Assembly (NCBI RefSeq): GCF_000372725.1
Contig: NW_005202428.1
Span: 977,331-1,041,330 of the forward strand
Origin: Emiliania huxleyi CCMP1516
Taxonomy: Eukaryota
Length of the DNA: 64,000 nt
Direction of reading: 5' to 3'
The notes below the pieces were generated by a model that ran no database searches, was not told the origin of the DNA, and worked only from the letters and a program-made list of their open reading frames with translations. A program made the position numbers and the translations under genes. This document shows, piece after piece, positions 36,065 to 49,071 of the stretch (its first letter is position 1; each line of letters opens with the position of its first letter).

Positions 36065-38563
36065 AGTTGCGCCACCGTCCGTTTGCCGAGCGGCTCCGAC
36101 TCGCGAGCGGCGGTGTTTGTTCTGTCAGTCCGTCGCATACACCTCATAGTCCGTCCCACACACCTCGTAGCGCCGAGGACGGACGGACGCACGCACGCGC
36201 GCACGCGCGCGCGCGCATACACACGCTGCGCATTGTCGCCGGCCGAGTCGCTCTGCCGACATACACAGCGCCGCAGCCTCACACAGTCCACACACAGCTG
36301 TGCGTTCTGGACGTGTCCGGTAGCCCGCCGTCGCCTCGCGGAGTGGCCGCCGCCACTACTGATCAGTCCTCCGCCCTCGCCCTCTCAGGAGCCGTTTCCT
36401 ATGCCGCCAGAGGCGTTCTCGCGGCCGGTGCCGCTGCAGGACGTGACATCGGCGGTTGTGTACGGGCTGCAGCGCGAGGTGGTCGGCGTCGCCATCGGCG
36501 AGCAGGACGAGGCGCGGAGAGGTGCGGTAGACAGCCAGATGGGGAAGAGGCGAAGCACACAGAGTCGGGACACGAGCGCGTTTGGGATGGGACGCGGGCA
36601 GCACACAGGCGACACACACTGGAGCACACAGACACACGAGCAAGGCTGACTCCCGGCTGTGCTGTCGCCTCCCGAGCGTCTCTTCCAGTGTTCATGCAGC
36701 GACGCCCTTCCGAAGCGTCTCTCGGAGCCTCCCCAAAGGCGCGCTGCGCGAGTGGCTAGCGACTCTGAGCGCTCTGCTGCCGGCGGAGCCCAACAGGCAG
36801 CAGATGGGCAGGCTCGAGTCCCTAGATGCGGAGTAGAAGACCTGGCTGCTATGTGGAGCTAGAGACCACACGCAGTCGCAGCGTGAAGTCGGCACTGCAG
36901 TCGCAGCTGTGGACTCGCGGGATGCTCCGGATAGAGTGCACGAGATCACGCTCTCGGTGTATTGACCGCTCGACCTCGACCCGACCGCAGGCTTGAGGCA
37001 ATGTGCGCACACGAGAGGGCAATCAGCCCGGAGCGGTGGGAGGAGCTGCTCGGCGAGATCGAGGCGCCGCTGCTGCCGACAGGCGTGGCCGCGCCTGTAG
37101 CGGCCGCGTGGGCGGCGTGATGAAGTCGTCCCTCATGGATGGACTGAGTCTAGGCGGGCCCGCTGGGGGGATTGCGTGGGCTGCGTGTCGTGGCGCGAGC
37201 GCGGACGCTCGCGGGTACCCGTGCGGATTGTGGTTGCTCTTCCACACCCTCCTCGCGCAGGCGGGACCGAGCACCCGAGAGCACCCGAGAGCACCCGAGA
37301 GCACCCGAGACTTGCCCTCCTCTCCAACTGCAGGCGCGCACAGACGCGCAGGGGGTCGCCGCGCTGCGTGCGATCCGAAGCTACGTCCGCTTCTTCTTCG
37401 GCTGCCAGGGCTGCGCGCGCCATTTCCTTGCGATGAGCAACCTCGAGGTGCGAGCCCACGACACAACTGCCCACAGACACCTGCAGCAGGCGACGTCCCG
37501 CAGACATTCCCCAACGGTTCGCTCAGCGGGTGTTGGCATGAGCAGGCCTTACTTGTTTCGTTCATTCTCTAGGCCGACCCGCTCGATGGCGTGCGCACGG
37601 CGAGCGGGGCACGGCTCTGGCTGTGGAGGGCTCATAGCTTAGATGCGGAGCACGGAGCCTCGTCTTCCTTGCAGTCAGAACACACGTGTAGTTGTCTTCG
37701 CAGCCCTGTTGTTCACGCGATGCTCCGATGCACTGCCCGAGACCACACCCCCACCCCACCGCTCAAATCATGCACTAGGCGCACAACCGCCTCAACGCGC
37801 GCCTCAACGCGTCGGCGGCGAGCGAGGTGCCGCGGCCAACTTCGCCGATCTCGGGCGATCTCGGACGATCTCGGCTTAGCTCGGCCGACCTCGGACGTTC
37901 TCGGCTGACTTCGGCTGGCCTCTGTTGATCTCGGGCGATCTCGGGCGATCTGGAGGATCTCTGACGATCTCTCGAGCCAGGTGCTACGGCTGGGCCTGCC
38001 CAAGCAGCAGTGGCGCGCCTCCCTTTTTTCTTCCCTAGACACCCTCTAGACAGTTGCTCGCAGCAGTGTCGCGCAGGAGAGCGCCCAGTCCCCTCCCGTC
38101 CGTACTAGCCCCGACACCACCTCACACCCCCTGGCTGCGCCCCGCCAGGCCAACGCCGGCCGCCTGCCCGCAGTGCCGGCCGCGGTATACCGCGGGCGGC
38201 CGGCGCTGGGAGCTTGGCGCGGTGGCAGAGTACTTGCACGGGACCTTCTGCCGCCCGGAGCCGGGTCGGCCTTGCAGCAGCCCCGGCACCGTCGAGTCGG
38301 CGGCCGGCAGCAGCGCCGTGATCGGCATCGCGCCGTACCTCACCGCGCCGAACCTCACCGCGACCGATGCCTACTACCTCACCGCCGGCGCCGTCCTCGC
38401 CGCCTGCCTGCTCGCTTGCTATCACTGTTGGGAGCGGGCCTCGGCGCCGGCGCCGCACGCGCAGCAGCGGCGGCGGCAGCAGACGAACCGCTTGCTGCCG
38501 CCGTCGCCCCGATCCTGTGGTAGAGGGATCTTGTGGCACGACTCGGACGGCAGCTCGGATTAG
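35260..38563 (+). CDS. QSOX: Quiescin sulfhydryl oxidase (thioredoxin + Erv/ALR), multi-exon
   Basis: EFFAGWCGHCQ|AFAP; RGYPCGLWLLFHTL; FFGCQGCARHF; WLWRAHNRLNARL; QWPTPAACPQC; C-terminal TM. Confidence 0.88.
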
Positions 38564-38976
38564 GAGGCCGCCTGGCAGCGCGCCGCTTGGCCCGTGCACG
38601 TCCCCAGCCCCCGTGTGTGTTTGGTGGTGGTAAAAAGATAGATAGAGAGGCGGCGCGGGGCGCCTGCCCTCTCTCTGACCGGGGTGGACCATAACAAAGT
38701 ATCGCGCACACATGCGTGACTGGCTGACATTGACACCGGCCGCCGCGCGGCGCTTTCGGACGGTAGCTTTGTTAACGTTTCCGAAAAAAGAAAACGACGG
38801 ACTTGACTCGCCTGGATCAGCAGGAGGGTACGAAGAGATTAGGTTTAGGAGCAGCAGGGACCCGAGGCGCGAGGGACCATGCGGAAGACGCGGCTAGTGC
38901 TACGGCTTTAGTCCCCCATCGGGAGGACGACCCCGGCTAGCCGCCGACCACACCCACAAAGAACCCTGCACAAAGA

Positions 38977-39847
38977 CTGAGGGAGGGTGTAGAGGATGTA
39001 GAGTGTAGAGCGCTGTAGAGCTGTAGAGATGTAGAGCGCTGTAGAGCTGTAGAGCTCTACATCCGCCGCGTGACGAGGCGCCTGCGTTGTAGAGCGATGT
39101 AGAGCGCGATTTTGTTGTAGAGTTTGTTGTAGAGGCTCTACAGCCAAACCGCCGGGAAGGCAGTGACTCAAAGAGGTCGAGCCGCGCTAATGGGGTGTCT
39201 CCGAGCTTAGTGAAGCTCTGATGGACAGCCCTGACTATCCCTGACACACAGAGAGTCCCTCTGACGGCACACAACACCCTATAACTGCGTCATGACCAGC
39301 CTGCCATGTGTCGCCGGTGCCGCATTCGTCGCTGTGCTTCTTTAGCAGGCGGTGGACTGTCGGCTGCGAGGACGGTCGCATTTGCGCGAGGCGAGGCGAG
39401 CATTCAGACGCGTTGCATGCGCCATGACTCGCGCCAGCGCGTGCGGGAGCTCCTGGCTGAGCGTTGAGTCCAGGCGAGTTGCGCTGGCCACTATCGCTAC
39501 GCCGAGCCGAGCTGACGCGCCGAGGCGCCGGCCAGTCGCAGCCGTGAGGCATGCCATAGCAGCAGAGGCACCTGCCACCCATTGGGCGGGCAGACAGAAG
39601 GCCAGGGCAGCACTGGCAAGTGCAACGCGCCTCATGTCGGAGAGCGACCGTGCCTCGTTCGCCGCTTATGATGTAGAGTTTGTTGTAGAGATTTCACGTT
39701 GTAGAGCGCCTCTACATCGCTCTACAACGCAGGCGCCTCGTCACGCGGCGGATGTAGAGCTCTACAGCTCTACAGCGCTCCAGAGCGCTCTACATCTCTA
39801 CAGCTCTACAGCGCTCTACACTCTACATCCTCTACACCCTCCCTCAG
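38977..39847. mobile_element. Second copy of the TGTAGAG-TIR element, 8-bp TSD CACAAAGA
   Basis: TSD at 38969-38976 / 39848-39855. Near-identical to 12670-13554. Confidence 0.92.
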
Positions 39848-39891
39848 CACAAAGATCGCACGGGCGGGGACCTTTTCCCTTTTTACCAGAA

Positions 39892-39939
39892 AGCACTTGG
39901 AGCACTTGGAGTGCAGTCATCAACCGCACATCCAGGGCC
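39892..39939 (-). mobile_element. Family B 3' end
   Basis: Reverse complement of the B tail. Confidence 0.7.
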
Positions 39940-39990
39940 AAAAGCCGTTTTTTTGACCGCGCAAGATATAAAGGGTGTCCTAAGGGCTCT

Positions 39991-41310
39991 CGGTTACTGG
40001 ACCGTCACGTGTTCAACGACGTTGAACAGTGTTCAACCACGGCGCTGTTCACAGCGCGCGCGGACGGCCGTTCTGCGAGTCCAGCTCCGCTTGACTTTTG
40101 TAAAGCATGCTTGTGGCAAGTTATAGACGCTAGTATCGACCTCAGAGACCCAAACCCGAATTAATAATTAAGGCTCAAAGTATGGTTGAACAACCGTTGA
40201 ACAAACAGGTTGAACAACGATATCCGACTAGTGCGACCGCTAGACGGCGGTCTCCGCCGGCCCCAAGGCTGCCCAGCCCCAGTACCACACCGGCCACGTA
40301 GACCGTAGCGCTGGAGTGGTCAGTGAGGCACTAGACGGGCTACGGAACCATGCGCGCGCCGGCCGGATAGGCTGCGCGCAGGGGCCGCGCCGCCTCGATT
40401 TCGCATCTCCGCTCCGCGGCCGACTGAGGGGCCAGCTCGCCCGGCGACAAGCCCAGCCATCGCCCAGCGCCCCGTATCGACGGAGGGCACGCAAAAAACC
40501 CGCACCTACGACTAGGGTGAGCCCGTGAGGGCGTCGGTGTCGGCCGCGGGCGGGCTGCGAGGAGGGCGCTGGTGGGAGCATGGGAGATGCACCACCGCTC
40601 GACGAAGACGCGCCCGACGAAGCCCTGCTTGCGGAGGATGGTCGATCCTCACCTACTAGCGTCGGGCGTGTGCGAAAAAGAGCGCAAATCGGAGCTCAAC
40701 TCGCGCGCGGCTGGGAAAGGGGTGTGGCACCCCTCCGAAGGCGCCTCGCGAGGAGCTGCTGCTGCCTCCAAACGCGCTCGGGCAGCACGTCGGCGCGCCT
40801 GCGGGGTTGGGGAGGTGAAACTATGCTTGCTGGCACGCGCATCCCGCACCACCCCCACGTCCGCGCGCACCATGCCGCCATCCCACCTCACAGCCAAGCG
40901 CCATCGCCGTCGGACGCGGCGACGCCGAGCGGTGGCCTCGCAGACGACGAGCGCGATGAGGCCGCCGCGCCGCCGGAGTGGCCGGCGCGTGCCAGCCGCT
41001 GGCCCGCCCAGCGTGGCGGGACCGGCTCGCCCATCCTGGCCCGCGCGCTTGCCGACGCGAGAAGATCGCGCGGGAGGGCAAATCTTGGGCAAAATGCCCT
41101 GTTTGCCAATCCTTCACGGCGACTTCACGTCGGAACGAGTCGGATCGACGACTCCCCGCCTGGACCAGCGTGTGCGCCTTGCAATTCTATACAGAATCGA
41201 CACGTGGTACGTCTTCTCAATCGCTCGTGGAGAGGAGCTACGGCCAATCCTAAGTAGTGTTCAACGACGTTGAACAATGTTCAACGTCGTTGAACACGGT
41301 CCAGTAACCG
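39991..41310. mobile_element. Non-autonomous TIR element (CGGTTACTGGACCGT.. termini, GTTCAAC/GTTGAAC subterminal motifs, 4-bp TSD CTCT)
   Basis: About 45-bp imperfect inverted repeats. CTCT at 39987-39990 / 41311-41314. Confidence 0.75.
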
Positions 41311-42345
41311 CTCTGCCCGCAAGGCGCCCGCGTCGCAGACGCGGTACCATTGACAAATCTGCAATATACCCCCACACGAGCAAATAGCCGAAATCCGAAT
41401 ACCGTGCACGAAGTGGGCGATGTGGGATGCAAGCCTTCAGCTGGTGCCAAGACATTCGTAAAATTGAAGCCAAGAATCCGCCAAATCCGTGCTTTCGCGC
41501 TACCTGGGGGGAAAGCCGCTGATCGAGCCCAGCGTGCCCGCGGCCGCCTCCCGCGCAGCACCGCCGCTGCGGAATCGGATCGAGCCCATGGAGGAGGAGG
41601 GCGCAGTCGGCCAGCGCAGCAGGCGGAGTCCCTCCCCGCGCCGGAGCCCCCCTGCAGTCGAGGGAGTCCTCGTTGGCGATGAAGGTGGCGACATCGAATC
41701 GCGGCCGACACACGTCACGGGAGGAATGGGCGATGAGCGGGAACGATGCGCGCTACGACGCCGACTCCGCCGTGCTCGTGGCCGCAGAAAGCCGCGCTCC
41801 AGGAGCACGCCAAGATGCAATGGCTCGCTTGCTTCGATTCAGCTCTCTCGGCAGCAGAAGTGGGGCTGGAGCGGGTGGGGGTGGATGCCGATTGAGGGGG
41901 AGCGTCTCCAGCTGCGCCCTGTGGCAGCGGCGCCCTGTGGCAGCTAGTCGAGGGACTTGGTAGTTGTGACCCCCCTGAGTGAGGACAGGAGAGAGAGAGC
42001 GTTTTGTGGTGTTGGTGTACGCAATAACGGGACAGGGTGGTTGTTCTCTCTATCTCCTCTTCTAGCTCTTAGCATGAGCTGCGCCCGGTGTCCGACCCCT
42101 TTTGCGCAGCAACACCTTAAACTTTCAGGCCCTCCAAATTCGGGTCGGAGCGTAGCGGAGACCGGAGTGGGCCCCGAGTTTGAAAAGGGCGACGGACGCT
42201 TGCGTCCTAGCCTCCAACAACGCCTCCCCGGCGCAGAGGGGCCCCCGGAGGGATGCACAACCGCTCCATGCCACGCCGCTTGCGGCGGTCCTCTTCCCAG
42301 CTCCGCTGAGGGCCTCTGCGTTATTTATTTATTGGAACAGGGTGC

Positions 42346-43149
42346 ATGCTGAGGGCCGTGACCTTATTGGCTCTCACTCGATCTTCTCGCGCGCTGAGCA
42401 TGCCTCCAGGCGGCTATACGAGCCGCACGATGGACCCAAACGCGGGTGCGGTGGACGCGCAGAACCCGGCAAAGATGCTGTCGCCCTCATGCGATCGAAA
42501 CAAGGCCGCGATCCTCAGCGAGTATCTGACGATTCTGCCTTCTTCCGGGCGGGCGCTCGAGGTCGCCAGCGGCACGGGACAGCACGTCGCCCACTTCGCC
42601 GCGGCGCTGCCCGGCGTCCGCTTCTGCCCATCCGACCTCACGACCGATGCGTTTGGCTCCGTTGCGGCTTGGGCCGAGGGCCTCGACAACGTGGAGGCGC
42701 CGTTCGCCCACGACTGCGCCAGCGTCAGCGACTGGGCTAAGCTCGAGCCAAAGAGCTTTGATGCGGTGATCGTCGCCAATATGTGCCACATCTCTCCGTG
42801 GGTGGTGACCGAGGGTCTGTTTACTGGCGCGGCGCCCGCGGTGGGTTTCAGGGCACGCCCGCGACGCGTTGACACATCGACGACACCCGTAGGCGCGGCG
42901 CGCGTCTTGGCAGACGGTGGCCGCTTGTGCGTCTACGGGCCCTTCACCACCGGAGGCGAGCACACCTCCGAGAGCAACGCCGACTTTGACCGCTCGCTGC
43001 GTGCGCGCGACCCGTCCTGGGGGTACCGGGATATCGAGCGAGACCTCGGCGCCCTCGCGGACAAGGCGGGCGTCGCGCTGCTCAAGCGGATCGCCATGCC
43101 CGCAAACAACTTTCTGCTGGTGTATGCACGATGTGCGGCGGAGGAGTAG
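42346..43149 (+). CDS. DUF938 / METTL26-like SAM-dependent methyltransferase (in-frame intron 42827-42892)
   Basis: SPSCDRNK, LEVASGTGQH, NMCHISPW, YGPF..SNADFDRSLR..WGYRD, MPANN motifs. Confidence 0.9.
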   Translation: MLRAVTLLALTRSSRALSMPPGGYTSRTMDPNAGAVDAQNPAKMLSPSCDRNKAAILSEYLTILPSSGRALEVASGTGQHVAHFAAALPGVRFCPSDLTTDAFGSVAAWAEGLDNVEAPFAHDCASVSDWAKLEPKSFDAVIVANMCHISPWVVTEGLFTGAAPAVGFRARPRRVDTSTTPVGAARVLADGGRLCVYGPFTTGGEHTSESNADFDRSLRARDPSWGYRDIERDLGALADKAGVALLKRIAMPANNFLLVYARCAAEE

Positions 43150-43194
43150 AGCTCGCGCGGGCGGCGTGTAATGTGTAAACGATCGAGTGATCGA

Positions 43195-44263
43195 GGCTGA
43201 GTCCACGGTCAGGGTGCCAGCCCCGGGCCCCCACCGTGTAAACGGGCAACCCCTGGGAGCCACACGACGTTAAACACACCATGTAAAAGCTCTCCGCGAG
43301 CTCTCTCGAAGTAACAGCTTACTTTTCGAAGTAACTTCGACGCTCAGAAGTTAGTTTTTTTGCGTACCCCTTGCGCCATGAACAACCGCTCGAAACGCTC
43401 AAATTTGGGCGTTCCGCGCTTCGCTTCAGCCTTCTAAGCCGGCACCGCGGCGGGCGGATAGATGCGATAAATGCGGCAAGACCACTTGTGCTGCCGGGTG
43501 GAACTGGAACTCCGATCACACCGAGAAGGCTTGCCATCGACGCAAGTGCATGCGGGCGGTCGGCCGTCTGCCACCACTCGCCAGCGATAAGGTTGCCAGG
43601 TCAACGCACAACGGATGCAGCCTTGCTGGAGATTGAAGAGGTGCTCGGCATGCGCTACTGTGACCCGAGCCAGATGACTGCGGTGGCGCTGAGGAACCCT
43701 GTCGATGAAGACGACGAGCGCTTGGAGTACCTTGTCTCTGGCAGGTTTGGCAGTGGTCCCGACGACCGCGGCTTCCACTCTGTAGCTTGGGTCTTTGATG
43801 GCGATCTCCTGGACCATGTAGATGCGGAGGAGGTCAAGTCAGCGATGCAAACGTACAAAAATCAGATGGACAAGGAGTTCGCAGCGCTGGCGGATGCGTG
43901 CGACGCTGAAATGTAGCCGTCCCGGCACCCCACGTGCATGCGTGTGATATTCGAGGGCTCAACCGGATCGTGAGCGTTGTGAGGCCGCAATCCCGTGCTT
44001 AGCGATAGGCAGGCACATCATGTGGGTACTCAGGATCACTCGTATGATAATGTCAGCACGTAGCTACGCTCGCGAGGGCGACCTAAGCACCTAAGCCCCC
44101 TAAGCGCCCCCCCGCTTAGGCCGCTTAGGTGCTTAGGCGGTCTCAGAGGTTGTGGGACCTGGGGCCCGCCGGGCCTGGGGCTGTCGGCTGAGCCACTCTC
44201 CGGCTGGTGGCTCTCTACGGAGCGTTTACACAATAGCTCGGCACCCTGACCGTGGACTCAGCC
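43195..44263. mobile_element. TIR element (24-bp perfect TIR GGCTGAGTCCACGGTCAGGGTGCC, flanked by TCGA) carrying a chromodomain-like ORF fragment
   Basis: TIRs at 43195-43218 / 44240-44263. TCGA at 43191-43194 / 44264-44267. Internal CCTAAGC/GCTTAGG motifs at 44081-44138. Confidence 0.8.
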
Positions 44264-45217
44264 TCGAGCGCCACCCCACGCACCCGCACCCCCCTGGCGC
44301 CTGCCGGGCCGCAGAGCCTGGGGGGGGGCCTGCGCGCCGCGCCCCTGGCGATTCCCCACCCCTCTGGCGTGGCCGCGCTGGCCGGCCCCTCTCTCTCCTC
44401 CAGCACAACCGCAGCAATACTTCCGTGTACATACCGTGTTTTTTTTTACTCATACGGTGACATGAGCTTCTGGGGACGTTCGAGGACGTAGTTAGTACAC
44501 CCCGATCCGGTTGGGCGCACGCATGGAATCTCCTCGGCACCAGGGCAGCATTCTGTGCGCATACACCCCGATCCGCACGGAATGGGAGGAGGGAAAGGTG
44601 AAGCAGCGTCGCTGCGTCGGGCAGCATGACGCACAGCACACGAGGCTGAGGTAACGCCATAAATCAAACACGCGCACGGCGCGCGAGCATACCGCTATCT
44701 GCTGAGCTGCCGCAGGCAGGCGTCGAATCGATGCCGCACCGCCGGAGGTAGCCAGCCCTGCGGCCGCTGCACCTCCATCGTATCCTCGGCTGGCGGCTCC
44801 GGCAGGGAGACGCTCATACTCTGAAGCCCTCCGTCGTTGGTTGGCGCATCCGAGCGTTGCCGTTTGCACACGTTCTCCTTTGACTCCTCGCAGTCCCAAT
44901 CCGCCCACGAGCGACACAGCCGCTTGACCTGCTCCATCGTCGCTTGATCTGGCGGGCTGTCCGTGTAGCACAGGTAGCCACCTACCTGTCGCGTTGGCAA
45001 CCAGTGGCTGGGTTCGGACTTTTGCGGGGTGGGGTATGGTTGCCACCCACCTCGAGACCATACCCCCCGCCAGCTGACAAACCCAATGGGACCATACCCC
45101 CCAAACAATCTACATTACAAAGAAGAGAAAAAGAAAACACTTGGCGTTGCATCGGCGTCGTATCCAACGATATTCCTTGCCGCGCTCTTGCGCCGCGCTA
45201 CTTCCTCTCCTTTCTTC

Positions 45218-45471
45218 ATGGCGCCGACCGTCGCCGCGGTCCCGGCCACCTCCCTTGGCCATTCGACAAAGCTTGGGCGTGAGGTGGTCGCGGAGCCGCA
45301 GCAGCTCGAGCCCGCCGCACCAGGACTCATCAGCTCGGCCTTTGGCGTCGCCGGCGGAGCCTTCTGGGGCACGACCGGCTTCACCACCGGGTTGGTTTCT
45401 CGAGCAGTCGACCCGCTCCACTCCTTCACCACCAGCTCCTACCCGGCATCGCCGCCTACGCCGCCCTTGCC

Positions 45472-45502
<31 letters not shown>

Positions 45503-46258
45503 CCATCACCTCCCCCGCCTCCTCCGCCCTCGCCGCCGCCGCCGCCGCCACCCTCGCCGCCGCCGCCGCGACCGCCGCCACCGTCTCCGCCGCCGCCGCC
45601 ACCGGCTCCGCCGCCACCACCCGCGCCGCCCGCCTCGCCGGGACTCATCGGCTCGGCCTTTGGCGTCGCCGGAGGTGCCTTCTGGGGTACGACTGGCTTC
45701 ACCACCGGGTTGGTGTCTCAGGCAGTCGACCCGCTCTCCTCCTTTGCCCACTTTGACCCCGCGGCTCCGCCAGCGCCACCCTCGCCGCCGCCACCGCCGC
45801 CGCCGCCTCCTCCTCCTCCGCCGCCGCCCTCGCCTCCGCCGCCGCATCCGCCGCCACCCCGGCCGCCGCCGCCACGGCCGCCGCCCCCGACGCCCCCGAT
45901 GCCGCCGGACCAGGGCGCGGCTTGGGACTCTGCTGGCCGCATCAACCACTACATGGCTGGCATCGCCAAGGACAGCACCGTCGAGCCCGGAAACATGCGG
46001 CCTGTGCCAGAGAAGCCGCAGGGTCACGGGATCCTCCTCGGCTCGGTCGTGATGGCGATCGAAGGGGCACTCGTCGTCGGCGCGGTCCTGTTCACTCTCC
46101 TCCCGCGCCCCGCCGCCGTCAGCCCGTCTCGAGTCAGCCGCGAGATGCTGCCGCACGAGCTGCTGTCGCCCGGCGAGCAGCGGCCACCATTTGGCGGGCT
46201 CAGCGGGCCATATGAGCCGCGCCTCAGCAAGTTCGTCGCGGCGCCGGTGCTTCTCTGA
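45218..46258 (+). CDS. Pro-rich protein with a duplicated GLI.SAFGVAGGAFWGTTGFTTGLVS.AVDPL motif and a C-terminal TM
   Basis: Open ORF with an internal duplication; start codon uncertain. Confidence 0.6.
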
Positions 46259-46606
46259 GCGCTCATGCCCCCCCCCCCCCCCCTTCTGTTCTCCTATTGA
46301 CCTGCGCCTGCCTGCTGGGCTCGCCGGACATGTCTGTATGTACGAAGGTGGCACATGTTGTACATATGCCTTAAGGTACCGCCTTTTGTGCCCCCCGTGT
46401 GCCGTGTGTGGTGCCGTGTCGTGGCGTCGGGTATCGGGTATCCCCCGTATACTTCGTGTGGAGTAGTGGAAGTGCGCAGAGTGAAAAGAAAGGTCGGCCG
46501 CCCGAGATTGAGCGCAAAATACCGTTGGTCCAACTCGTCGTTTTCTGATCAAACGTGGGCACTCCGAAGTTGCGACCCGGCGACGGGCCCAGGACCAACT
46601 CCCATC

Positions 46607-48736
46607 ATGCTCGCGATCGGCGCGCTCGCGTTGGTATCGCTTGCGCCGCGCGCATGCCCCTGACGCAGCTCACTCTGCGACAGCATAACCGCTCCCAACA
46701 CGTTTCTGCGCAGGGTTTTTCTTCGCACCCGGTCGTCGAGCCGCCGCCGCCTCCAAGCTCTCCCTACTGCCCGCCGGGTAAGATACCCTACGGTGTGCTC
46801 TTCAACTTTTCAAGCGCAGACGTCGGCTATAACAACCTCGGAGGCTACCCCGGGGGCCCCGACGTGAAGTGCACCGTTGGGCCGCACTCGGACTCCGCCT
46901 CGTCGACTTGTGGCAACTCTGCGGCGGAGAGGCCTTGCGGCTGCGGATGCGATTGTCGTGAGACCGCAGCTTACACAGCGGGGCCGTACGGCTTCGGAGC
47001 ACCGTCGCCAGAGATTCGCTTCCAGGGCGGCGGCCTTTTCTTTGACGGCACCATCGAAGGAATGCAGGGCACTCCTTTTGACGTCGCTCTCACCAACTCC
47101 TCCTCGTACAAGCCGTGGGCCTCGGACTCCAACGGCCGCGGCCGCGACCCAACGGCATGGACACGCCCCTCACCTTTCGTTTTGTCATCCCTGCCGCTCA
47201 CCAGTCCCCCGTAGTAGTAGCAAGCGACTCGGCGAAAAGAATCAACACCCTATAACCGACGCCAGCCCCTCCGTGATTCACCACAGGGACACGGCTTCGC
47301 GAGCGTCAGCATGGCTGCAAACACAGAGACAACCTTTGCGCTGCACGCGTACAGGCCAGGCGCAGTAGATATGCAGCTCAGCGCCTGGCATGCGCGGATA
47401 CGCTGTATTCTCGCCGCGGGTCCCCTCCACACGACATTGGCGTGCGCGTGACAGCCGTGCTGTCTCCACAGGCTGGGCACCAACACTCCCCAACCTCTCG
47501 GCGGCGAGGGCAACGTATGCGTCTTTGACTTTGACAATGGAGTGGATGAGACGCTCAAGGAGGAGTTCCACGCTTGCGGCATCGTTGACTGGTTCGCCCA
47601 CGGCAAGTCGCCACGGGCGTTGGAGGGACGGGCGATGCTGCAGGGCTTGTGCCCCAACATCGACACGGAAAACTACCTCGACGTCGCATCGGACGCCGCT
47701 GACCCAACGAATCCAGACCGGCACTGTATTGAGATCAAGGCAAAGATGGAGGGCACGGGGGTCGACAACCCCAAGAACATCTCGAGCGTATTGATCGACT
47801 GCTCCCTGTACGACCAATGCCCAGCCAACGGGCTGTCCCCCGCCCCAGACAAGCAGGACCGCCCCCCGATCGGAGTCCAGGACACGAGCACCTGCGCTGG
47901 CGGCTCAACAGCCCCTGCTGCGGGCGTGTACCCCGACACCGCGTTTCCAGAGAGGCTGCAGGGCCAGCCATACCGTTGGTGAGGGCCGAGCCAAATACCC
48001 TTTCCCCGTTGAGTGACATGCCCTGTATTCACCGCCCGACCCAATGTGCAGGACCGTCCCCAAGTTCGCCTGCTTCAGCTTTGTTGCGAGCGAGGGCTTC
48101 GAGTTCACCTACAAGGTGGGCCCCTCCTCAGACGGCTTCTGGGGCCGCAACTTCCTCTTCAGCGGATACGCCCAGCCGTACTGCATCGACGCTCCCATTC
48201 CGACCCCCTCGCCATCTCCGTCTCCCTCCCCCTCGCCACCCATCAGCGACCTCTGCCCCCATCCCATTGGCACGATTGAGGATACCGTCGAGGCCATCCT
48301 CGAGGCCGTCCGGACGCTCGACATCAAGTGCATCATCTACTACGCCGTGAACGGTGCCACAAGCGAAGAAGGCTTCACAGCCTGCATCCTGCGCGCGGTG
48401 CAAAAGTACCTCGAGGCCGGCCCGGTCGTCGGTATCCCGGGTTTCATCGGCGACTTGCGCTTGTGCATTGTGGACCGCCCGATCCTCGACCCTATCTTGC
48501 CGCCCGGCGCCCCGGTTGGCGAGTGTCCCTATGGTGAGACGGAGCCCATCGTGCCGACTGGGATCGAGAGCCTCCTCGACGCGGTGTATGCTGGGGACTT
48601 GGGTGCCATCATCTCTTGCTCGGTCGGCATGCCGACTTGCGTCCTTGCGCTGATCGGGGACTTCCTCGGGGATTCCATCGGGATCTCAGACCTCGTGTCT
48701 GGCATTCTAAGCTGCGTCCTCCCGAACGGGCGCTAA
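46607..48736 (+). CDS. Secreted multi-exon hypothetical protein
   Basis: MLAIGALALVSLA leader; exons YNNLGG..EIRF..YKPW..NG and FDFDNG..; last exon 48052-48736 has two Cys/Ile-rich helical repeats. Confidence 0.55.
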
Positions 48737-48996
48737 GAGCGCGCGATGTGGCGCGGTGCGCCTGCGCTGCGGGCGCCTCAAGAGGCTCTCTGAGAAGGCG
48801 GTGCGAGCGTGCGACGGCGCGACGGCGCTGCCGGCGGGCCGTGACCTGTGGCTGTGATGCGTCTTGGATCGCGTCGAGATCCGTCGAGACGCGGTCGTGG
48901 ACTGAGTGTTGATCCTGACGTGAGGCAGAATGAAAGAAAGAAAGCCTGCTTGATTTCTTCTTTTCCTGTGATAGTGCCAGTGCGCGCCAGTCCCGT

Positions 48997-49071
48997 AAAA
49001 AAAAGAAAGAAAACAGACAAGCCAAGGGAGGGATGGGAGGACGGCACGCCACCACCACACAGGGATTTTAA
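48997..49071 (-). mobile_element. Family A 3' end (AGTCCCGT duplicated on both sides), with a B tail at 49113-49138
   Basis: Reverse complement of the A terminus. AGTCCCGT at 48989-48996 / 49080-49087. Confidence 0.75.
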
